A DNA stretch of 64,000 bases from Schizochytrium sp. TIO01 (taxonomy: Eukaryota; Protista; Bigyra: Labyrinthulomycetes), in NCBI GenBank assembly GCA_004764695.1, contig SMSO01000014.1, forward strand, positions 1,049,648 to 1,113,647. Direction: 5' to 3'. The notes beneath the pieces are model-generated. The model made no database searches and had not been told where the DNA came from. It saw only the letters and a program-made list of their open reading frames with translations. Below, in pieces: positions 55,501 through 64,000 of the stretch; position 1 is the first letter of the stretch, and each line of letters starts with the position of its first letter. The translations under genes were made by a program, and so were the position numbers.

Positions 55501-56327
55501 CATGCAAATGTTCGCCCTGTTTGATCAATTGCAATAGAATGTGACGGGCTCGCAGCCACAAACCTCACGAGAGGGCGTCCTCGGTCTTCTTTATTGGCTC
55601 CAGAGGATAATCCACCAGGACTCAAGGAATTCACGGTATTCCTTTGGTTCATTGCCTCGTCATAGGGGAGTTTTACTCGACGCGGGCTAGATGAACTGCG
55701 CGCAGAGCTAAGCCCAAGTTGGCCCTTTTCATTGCTTCCCCAAGCAAACATTAGACCATGTCTAGTAACAGCCAGTGTATGATCCTTTCCGGCTGCGACA
55801 CGAATCACAACATAAGAGCTCAAATCCCGCACAATTTCAGGCTCGATTCGGGTTCTTTCGTCGCCGAGTCCAAGCCTTCCGTGCTGGCCATGGCCCCAAG
55901 TCCAAATCCGACCGAGGGTATCGATTGCAACACTGTGATGCACAGACGTAGACATTTTTGTTATGCGCACATTGATATCAATACGACGCGGAACAGTCTG
56001 AATTGCAGCAGAGTCTGCTGTAAGATAGCCAAGCTGATGGTCACATCGACCGAAGGAAACCATGCGTCCTCCCTTACGTAGCCTGGTTGTGCCACGTTTG
56101 TGATGATCAGGATGCAAAGCGACCGTAATGGCATCCAAAAGGTTATCATATGGTTCTAAGCTCTCCTTGGCATCTGCATCCATTTCAAGGCCTCGGTGCA
56201 ACACAAGAAGTGCACAGGCAAGGCCCAATGAAGAGGCATGTGGAAACCCCTTAAGTGTAACCTCAAGGGCTTCTCGAATTCTGCCTGCCCTTACAAGCTC
56301 TACGGCTTCGCTGCGAGCGTTCTCCAT
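52509..56327 (-). CDS. RCC1-repeat protein, IBtk-like, with BACK-like helical domain, U1-type C2H2 zinc finger and disordered tail
   Basis: RCC1 repeats (IWTWGHGQHGRLGLGD, FAWGSNEKGQLGL, LYTWGDGERGALG). BACK-like LQLACEDTISQNIDLWNVVQFWEFAD..LADFCKQFVSLNLDAVL. Zinc finger WCRTCNVHV..HHVAGKKHRR. First ATG at 56327. Confidence 0.85.
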   Translation of the reverse strand: MENARSEAVELVRAGRIREALEVTLKGFPHASSLGLACALLVLHRGLEMDADAKESLEPYDNLLDAITVALHPDHHKRGTTRLRKGGRMVSFGRCDHQLGYLTADSAAIQTVPRRIDINVRITKMSTSVHHSVAIDTLGRIWTWGHGQHGRLGLGDERTRIEPEIVRDLSSYVVIRVAAGKDHTLAVTRHGLMFAWGSNEKGQLGLSSARSSSSPRRVKLPYDEAMNQRNTVNSLSPGGLSSGANKEDRGRPLVRFVAASPSHSIAIDQTGRTFAWGNNDKCQAGQRDGVRVSTPRIITSVSRTAIDQACAAEGVTYLLSKQGDVMQIGLGLHAPSKIRIRVRNEAEGEEEEEATADWAYGGRGGESSVRISFIACGPNHAAAVSRDGMLFTWGTYANLLGHAGKGCNRDSESAHTVKPRRVTALRKHNIVSVSCSRHHTCAVDTHGNLYTWGDGERGALGTSEKYQPTPTRVDSLRGVSAVSAADSHTVALLQTSKPSFSPLTLAEVVSWRAESEIEADTVSESNESEAPQELQSDLQQPQIETASTEEEDAHDNHSETDRESLLDEDEELDSVDGEEEEGTVSQSSAREPMSLQLACEDTISQNIDLWNVVQFWEFADRCFAVALADFCKQFVSLNLDAVLAVNSSSTIERIAALCDVPLFDLQEFLHDPLEGQEDPSIGLASPPIMPIVDTARLRSGSVVSIFSVASDFGSIASDSGKFGSPLMQPRNEEAELTSMSVPRLRKRLDALEKQLAGVSDMQLKIMASTPDRHRNQARRSRSLEEQKGEITRLRNLIENELNLRAQDSLMTHSKSGNGPDPLWCRTCNVHVNNEDGMIHHVAGKKHRRAQARQQELEKIQMQEEKTRTHGTPTRGRDCENTEPRSGCKQQQTNGARPWYSPQVAPQEVSTPRQSALNLRDIQQEEETRKLFHEQRLRYQRNAGLLPSTPQRMWAQQVTGGTVPAMSLMDSPKTGPESTYLSPLQSRHRSGSVSAVGSSVPASPLIQSTTLPPSSSSMSTSSLLSSSPLETGQSARRGVSLSDYMKPKTKPNNRAPWAQSSKKASKPPPSSSSSSGAVLQAMQKSLDLNSIQLEQQAEKASGRNQTNHQVSSWGLCTRNSDRTLSDIQNQQALEMESERLAMELAAMEGIQQDAIFERSLHGQNNPGNDNSQNSGKANRNRSRRNGNTQQKKASGAQGSQANSASNSSGASKRAKPKGVSKKQNGSSSNSQQNNNNGNFSSGTTSSNSQQRRRTHRSAKPKDSTSTNRASVMV

Positions 56328-59300
56328 GATGCGATCTCCGCAAATTTCCCCACACCAAATTTCCCAATTTCCACGCAAAAGATTCCTGGACGATTTCCGC
56401 TACCACAACACAATGTATAAGCACGTGTTTCGAGTAAACTCGGTTCTCCGCTAAACAATCTCAATGCCACTTCCACAGCTTTTTTATTAGGTCGTCGTTC
56501 TTGGCAAGAAAGAAGAAGGACAGCACCCCGAGACAATGGGGCTATTAAAGCCTTCTTAGTTTAAACTATAGGACTACAGCCGCGCAATGAAAAGCGACGG
56601 AAATACGGGCTTGGCGCCGGCACGACTCGAGCACTCTCCTCCTGGGCAAATGTTTTGGGGTCACCGCGAAAACCGTCTGTAGACCCTCTAGCACGACAAA
56701 GGGTCCTCTTGGCGCTCCTAGCTCCTGCCAGAGGCAGCCGTTTGGCTTGCTGGTTGTTTCTGTCAGCAGTGACGTCGTCTCTGTTTGTTTCTCAATAGTT
56801 TCTACTTGAGAAATAACAAGTTTTGAAATAGATGCCAAAGTTCACGATGAAGATGTTCCTTCCGGGCTCGCGAGGGGGTCTACTAAAGCTTAAAAGGCAG
56901 CTTCGCCTGTGCTTGGTAGGTTGCAACGCAATTCACAGTGTAAGTCTTTGCGAGAGGAGTTGGCGGGGCTCGACGAGGCGCCCCCGCGCTCGCACGGCTA
57001 CAAATGCAAAGGAATCTGCCGTCGCTGCGGTGGCTTAAGTACCTCCCTATAGAAGAAACCAACTTTCTGCTTTTAATAAAATTCTACTTTCATATATATA
57101 CTCTAATTAAATGTTTCTAAACCTTTAACTGACTAGTGCTATCATTGTATCTATCTATCTATATTGCTAACAACTCAATGTTATGGAAAGTTAATAAAAC
57201 TTTTTTACTTTTTTAATTTAGTTATACAAATATAGAAACAAAGGATTACTACGCAAGTATTGTATATGCCTAAACTCGAAGAGCATCAACTGTGACAGAC
57301 TCTATTTACTAGAGTTTTGGTTAGAAATGGATTAGCAAAGGAAGAGTGTTAAACTTAATACTGTTAGTAGATACTATGTTCTCCTAGGAGATTCTGGGGT
57401 CTTTCTTTCTTCTTCTCTTTCTTCTTCTCTTTCTTAGAAGACGGGTTTTTTGCTGGAAAACTGCTTAGCTGCTCAGTTTACTTCCTAGCACATTCGCAAA
57501 GAATCATTTACGCATCCCTTCCAATCATGTCATAGTCTAATGCTTTCAATCACTATCATTCACTGTTCTGTCGTGGTTCTCTCGTGATTAATTGAGATAA
57601 GTGCACTATTTTAATCGAACACCTCTGGAACAGGTAGGGTATTTCCGTCTCTACCCACCGCTAACAGATCAATAGGAACTTAGTTCTGTCCTGGAGATAG
57701 CTACTCCAAGGTCGATAGCACTAACACTAGTGTAAATAATAGGCCTTTCTGAGGATCGTTCTGTCTTCTTTCCGCGCGTTCTTTCTTTATAAAATAAATA
57801 GATGATGGTTCTTTCCTTTTCTCTTTTTCTCTTTTCTTTTCATTTCAAAGTTATAAAACTATCGTGACGTTCAGGCTAGAGTAAGCTGTAGCAGGAGCCT
57901 ATGGGCGCGTGGTTGTCCACCTTGAGAATCAGAGTAGAAATATCCTTCTGTGTAAATCAGCTTGGTGTTCGAGCTTTATAGTTTCATGAAGACCAACCCT
58001 CAACATCTCAGAATCTTTGTTTCCCATACCTAACACTGCACCCCCCCTGCCAAACTCGTGTTACAATCAACTTTAGAACAAACTACAAATAAAATAGTAT
58101 CGGCCATGATGATGTACCTTTCTTATATTACTCTACATCTGTCGTTAATCAGATATTAAATACCTATACTAATCTCCCCTCTCGTACGTAGTCATCTTAG
58201 CAACCCGCAACGCAATGGCGAAACTGCTGCCAGCTAGATATTTCAAGTTGTTTCAAGTTATTAGAGATACTGCTCAAGAATGGCGGTAGATATCTGGAAG
58301 ACTAGATTCTGAGGATTCTCTTCCGCAAAGTCGTTAGTTGTCGTTGTCTAAGTCCTAACTCTGATCCTCGCTGGATATTGCATGAACTTTTTCATGTACT
58401 AGGAACTACTATATGTTACATACCTAGCTGCCAACCTATTAAACTTCTAGGGGCCACTACCACTACGCTACGTGAGCTAAGCCACAATGGTGGCCCTATC
58501 TTTCCGCAAGGAAGAGGTAGATGCGATGGACCTTGAAGATGCAAATTGTACAATAAAGTGGAACGGTTCCTCGATCGTGGACTAGCTCAAAACCTGATGT
58601 ACAGCGTGGTATTAGCAACAACAGGAACTCTTGGAGGGATTGGATAAATGCAGCGATGTGGTTGGCGATCACACTTAGGATGATTAATAAAAGATGCCAT
58701 TCTTCGAAGCGGTAGGTAGCTTATCTAGACTTGGGAATGAATTCCAAGGAAAAGGCAAACAAACAAAAAGAGGCAGGGAGAAGAAACGTTGACAAAGCCT
58801 ATAGACCTCACTAATCTTTGTTCAAGTACGATCAGAAATACAGTTGTCGATGTTGGTCCTTCTTTAGGGTAGGGAGGTGCTAAGAGCTGTTTTTTATCTT
58901 ATCATGAAGATTCAATGTAGTGCCATCATTCGGGCTGAGGTAGACAGTCCTACTAGTCTATAACATGCCGCGTAAAACGGGTGAGGCATTCTCCACATAA
59001 TGGTTGTAATGTGTATTGGTGCCATAGTACGTCCCGAAGAATTCTAACACAGTTCAGCATCTTGAGCCACTCATTCGCTCGCCCCTTTTGAAAATAGATA
59101 GACTGAGGAATCCGAGATCGTTAAATTGAAGAAGACCTTGCCTCAACGTTTTCCCCATTCTACAGTGAGGGCAAGTTTTTTTATTGCTCTCATAGGTTCA
59201 TGTTGGCAAAATCAATTAATGGTGACATCCCAGACACTGGATTTAAACCTTTTTTGTAGTTGAGTATAGTTTTGACAAAACAATTCGTTGACTTGTACAC

Positions 59301-62300
59301 AGCGACCATCAGAATCTCATAATCCAGTCTTTTAGTGACGAAGACTCTATCACAATACTCAACTTTGAGCTCGTTATAATTAGCTTTGACTTGCAGCAGG
59401 ACAATCACGTACAGGGACTACGGCCACTGTGACCTCTCGAAATAGCTCCAGTCCACTTCCGTCACCTCGTAAAGCTCATAGACTCACGTACCTCAAAACC
59501 TACTGTCTGACTTATCACCTACTGCCAACGTTGAACATAAATCAGTCACCATTTCCCTCTTGACTCAATTTACCACGAATTGCATGAGTGACACTCGTTC
59601 GTGACCCGCTAAGCACATATTCGTCTGTACTGTTGCAATCTAGCTTCTTTTCAACTTCGTGTGGCCAAGTTAGCATCCCCATGCGACTCTGCAATAAGTA
59701 AAATATACTTAGTTGAACTTTCCAACCGTGATTTAGTGATTATTATACAACATCCACGACCCGATTGTAGGAATCTCGAGCCGGGCTTGACGAAAGCTAC
59801 AAAGTCTTGTTTTTCTTTTGTTTCTTTTTTCATCGAAATCAAAGTACCAGAATTAGTGAGGAAGTAGTAAGTGCCTAAGAGCCAAAAAAGGAAGGGGAAA
59901 TACATGCCAACTTGGACGAGGTAATAAATTAGCGGTGGCGCACGCCCATCAGATAGCAGGCACGCGCCGTGTTCGCCTTATAGTGTAGCACGCCCAATTA
60001 TTGACATCTGACAAGCTACGATCGTGGCCTTAATCCAACATCTGAAGAAGTAAAGCAGTGATTGAAAAATATGAAGAAAGTATACATTGTAGGTAGGAAT
60101 AATTGCCAGGCGGATTGAAAGTATGATTTTGTTTAGTGGGCTCAAAGATTTGGGACAGCATACTTCATCGATACCCTCGGCCAGCTAATAAAGTGAGGCG
60201 ATCCCAAATGGACTGGGATATGTAAATGCGAGCTCTTTAACGAATACGTATACTACTCTTATGGTTTATTCTGTAGATCTTGTCTTCTTATGGAGTTCTA
60301 AACGCGAAGGAGTAAAAAACTAGAAAGGTCTAGCTAGTATCAGTCAATGTGAGATTAAATTACTCTTGGTACCCAAATAGAAATGGCAGACGCTTGCATT
60401 TGTCTTAAAACTTCAGTTACTTATGGATGCTATGTCCATACCAATGCTAATGCCCTCAACCGCCACCACCATGACAGTGGTTGCTTAACTAGAGGTAGTA
60501 GGGATGAGATTACATAAACATAGAGGCGAGGGAGCTTGGGCCTGCCACAAGATTTGACACTGAACCAGGTTCTTTATGATTTGCAAATGAAGGGCCAGCG
60601 AGTGGTTTTTCATTATATCTTCTAACATGACAAGAGAGCCTGTCATTGCCGCGAGCTTGGAGTTCGATGGGCGAGGGAGCGCAACCTCAAACTTCCTTAG
60701 TTCTCCTGGCTGAAAAAGTGCTCTTTCCCCATGCTGTTTTTTTAATATATGAGGGCAGATATTTTATAGTGGCTTGTTGTTTACTGGGTGCTCTTCCCAG
60801 CAGCCACGTGGTCGGGCCCTTTCCATTTGTTGCAAGCAAGCTAGCTGCCTGCGAAGAGCGGGTATGGCATACGTTTGTTATGAGTCGTAAGGTTTGCTTC
60901 AAGCAACGTTTTCTAACGCAAAATTCGTCGCACTCTCAAAGGAGGAAGTCATCGCCGTCGGCAATACTACCGCAACCATTTAGTAGTTCCAGAAATACAA
61001 ACAAATATCACTGCTTTGGAGTACCTGCTGGAGGGATCATCTACCTCGAGGCTTGATATTAACCGGCTTGTCTTGCACGCAGCGTTCTCTGAGAGTGAAA
61101 GAGTTCAACTCGAACTATAGCCTAATGCCACGGTCGAATTCACATTAAAATTATTGAGATCAATTACCTACCGTAAGGCATCAAAGTTCTCCTCGTAAGT
61201 TGTGACATTCTACAAGCTCAAGATGTCTTTTGTCCATGAATAAGTTACCAACATTTCTATTATTATTACAATGAAACTATTGCAGAAAGATGTAAATTCT
61301 GCAAATGGTCATGGTGGAGAATTATGAGAACTAAAGAATGGGCAATAAGTGAATGGTGCCTCCAAAGAAAGTACACACCGATGATAGTGCAAATCCGCTT
61401 TGAATACCTTCTCCTTCTCCTCCTTTTATTACTACGACTCCTTCTTCAGCACGTGCACCAGCGCACTGTCCTCACCTTGAGGTTTAGCTAGAGCTTGTTT
61501 AAGCGTTCTTGTTACCCATCTTGGTCAGTGAGTACTTTTACAGGAACATCATCATGTGTCGTGATCCACATTTCAAGTCATTTCAATTCGGAGAAAGGCA
61601 GTTGGCTCCAGCGGCTCATACCCGCGCACCAAGGTAGGTATATTCTGTGAACTACTTTCTAAACTCTAACGCATGCAGCTTTATCAGAATCATCGTGGTG
61701 ACATTGAAATTGAGATTATGGAGAGCACTCGCGTTCACAACAAAACTTTTGATCTCGCCCTCTTTCGGCCGCATCAGAGTTAATGAATTCGCAATAGGTG
61801 TACTACCTAGGCACCACAGAATAACTATCATAGTCAATGAAAAGGTTTCCTCTATTCCCCCTTAATTTCATTGGGTCACGTGTGCGGAGTAAACGCGCCC
61901 TATACCCCCTGATTGGCGCACGCCCACTATTAGCACTTCTATAATACCCCCTCTATAGAGGTGATTACATTGTAGAGAAGAAAGAGAGCAGTAGAGTGGC
62001 ATGAAAGGATTGTTGTAATGGGGGGCATCTCTACTGTGTGCACGAACGAGGGAAGTTGTATTTCTAGTGTAAGTGTCTGTTTGATAAGCGAAAGAAAGAG
62101 AAAAGAATCCTCAACGCTCTCTGAAGAAATCCTGTTATAAAAAGAAATACTTGACAATTTGATTATTTCTTTGCTGTTGTGTTGATGCGAGTAACCGGGC
62201 AGGTGGTTTCGCTCTGGCGCACGGTGGGCTTCCAAATAATAGCAGCATATTCACAGTTGACTGCCGACTTCTGCTGGTACTGCCAGTGCCGGTTGAGGCC

Positions 62301-63277
62301 CTCTACGCAAAAAAAGAAACACGCACAAAGCGGGCTCTGTACAATGTTGGATTTCTTTTTACAATATGTAGGTTTAGGTAGTAGCTACCTAGTCCCTTTT
62401 TCCTTCTTTTAATATTCACACTGTCTATTAGTATTATTATTAGTACCCAATGAAAACTCTTTACAGTATAGACTGTTATTATAAATAATGAATTAATGCT
62501 AGTAGTCACTTGTTTGTTTTCAATAATTTTAGTTTTTTAAAAGACTGGAATTAAAAATTTAAATTAAAAAAAGCACTCAAAGTTGAACTGCGTGCTGCAA
62601 TCACTCAACTCTGGAGACCCGCCGCCATCTAGTCGCGTGCGGGCTCGAGGAGACCGACCAGTTGGCGGTCAAGGTAGGTTCATGGTGGAGGCCGATTCCT
62701 GGCAGGGTGGCGGTTTGCCATCTCTCCTGGGGAATTTGCGTACGTGCTCATCAGCCACGGCAGTGCCATTGAGTCGACGCGTGCACAGCGAAAGAGGGAG
62801 AAAAGGAGAAGAAAAAGCAGTAGCTGGAGAAGGGAAGAACCAGCGCGTGCCGCGCCGATGATGTATAACTTGATCAATGGATTGGCACGTAAAACACCAA
62901 AGCTACAACTGCTTGGCGAGACGGTGTTTGACGGAGGACAACACGTTATTAGGAAACTAAGGGAGGCGGTGAATGAAGCAGTAGTAGCAAGAACAACTAA
63001 CCAGTTCGAGAGACGCACGCACGACGGACTGCTTTTTTTAAATTATTTGTTTTTTCCATTCTCTTCGTTTGTGGTTTGCGTACCTTTTCGCGATAACGCA
63101 GAAGACAAGCACAAATCTGGCTTGGGTCAGACATCATAGCGAGGACAGTTGACTCCCGTTTTTTGTGGCGTTGAGTATTATTGCTGACTTGCTCTAACTG
63201 CTTTGAAGGGAAAGCAGTTGGAATTCGTGTTATTTGCTGTTGATATTGTTATTGTGTACTGAAAACTTTCCGGCACC

Positions 63278-64000
63278 ATGGAGAAGCGTGTGATTCGCAA
63301 GGGCGAGGAGGATGACCTCGTCCTTCTCAACAACATCAATGAGAAGGAGGTGGTTAACACCCTTGAGCGTCGTTTCGCTAAAGATGCCATCTACACTCGG
63401 ATTGGCCCTGTGTTGGTCAGTGTCAACCCTTTCAAGGACATTCGCGGTCTCTACTCCATGGACATGATGCGCAAATACTATGGTCGCTTCCAGTTCGAGC
63501 TTGCACCGCACGTTTTTGGCGTTGCCGAAGAAGCATATCGGTCGCTCCTCTCCACTCACTCAAACCAGGCCATCCTCATCAGTGGTGAGTCTGGTGCTGG
63601 TAAGACTGAAGCCGCAAAGAAGATTATGGAATACATTGCCGCTGTCTCGAAAGACCGCGCCGAGGTGTCCTCTGATATCTCTGTTGGTGAAATCAAGGAC
63701 GCCCTTCTCAAGAGTAACCCTGTGCTCGAGTCTTTCGGTAACGCCAAGACGCTCCGTAATGACAACAGTTCTCGTTTCGGTAAGCTGATGCGTATCTTTT
63801 TGGACTACGACGGTGTGCCTCTTGGTGGTGCTATTAGTACTTACCTCCTCGAGAAAGCTCGCGTGGTGTCCCAGACTGAGGGTGAGCGTAACTTTCACAT
63901 CTTCTACCAGCTTTGCGCTTCTGGCGTCAAGAGCCAGCTTCGTCTTAAGGACGCGGGTTCTTACAACTACACCAGCACTACCACCTCTGTGGATTCCATT
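63278..64000 (+). CDS. Myosin motor domain, class I-like, truncated by the window end
   Basis: gcaccATG at 63278. Translation: DDLVLLNNINEKEVVNTLERRF..IYTRIGPVLVSVNPFK..PHVF..NQAILISGESGAGKTEAAKKIMEYIA..SNPVLESFGNAKTLRNDNSSRFGK..YLLEKARVV..ERNFHIFYQL. No N-terminal SH3-like extension. Absent from the ORF track because no stop lies in the window. Confidence 0.96.
   Translation, partial: MEKRVIRKGEEDDLVLLNNINEKEVVNTLERRFAKDAIYTRIGPVLVSVNPFKDIRGLYSMDMMRKYYGRFQFELAPHVFGVAEEAYRSLLSTHSNQAILISGESGAGKTEAAKKIMEYIAAVSKDRAEVSSDISVGEIKDALLKSNPVLESFGNAKTLRNDNSSRFGKLMRIFLDYDGVPLGGAISTYLLEKARVVSQTEGERNFHIFYQLCASGVKSQLRLKDAGSYNYTSTTTSVDSI

Noticed and set aside
58205-58300. Ankyrin-like fragments (RNGETAA / FKLLEILLKNGG)
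   Set aside because: Too short and split across frames to support a pseudogene call.
59330-59610. Cluster of GTCAC/GTGAC/TGACTCA words
   Set aside because: No regular spacing or longer consensus; cannot be distinguished from chance.
1-64000. tRNA, rRNA, snRNA, TPP riboswitch, viral or transposase genes
   Set aside because: No diagnostic motifs found by eye. An Infernal/tRNAscan-SE run would be needed to exclude divergent ncRNAs.

Overview
Eukaryotic nuclear DNA, intron-poor, with mostly single-exon genes separated by microsatellite-rich spacers. This style and the gene content fit a heterotrophic stramenopile such as a thraustochytrid (inference, not proven). About 19 protein genes are supported, in order: AP2-domain factor, 4-exon XK-like membrane protein, UTP13/TBL3, Q-rich coiled-coil protein, IQANK1-like ankyrin protein, HSL-type esterase, acid lipase, TMEM135, LUC7, JMJD6-like JmjC/GT32 fusion, membrane-anchored PAN-TTL ligase, MAPEG/MGST3, frameshift-split DH-PH-IQ RhoGEF, U1A/U2B'', LRR protein, spliced mitoribosomal mS23, RCC1/IBtk-like protein, and the 5' end of a class I-like myosin. 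There are also decayed relics (a Crinkler-like nuclease-kinase, LRR and F-box remnants). No rRNA, tRNA, CRISPR array or intact transposase was seen. The best candidate for a new system is 33-40 kb. There a signal-peptide-less ORF fuses an intact JMJD6-type 2OG/Fe oxygenase to an intact GT32 DxD glycosyltransferase, suggesting coupled hydroxylation then glycosylation. It lies directly upstream of LUC7, a family that includes known JMJD6 substrates, and head-to-head with an apparently luminal TTL-family ligase. All family calls are by motif recognition from memory; no database search was run.
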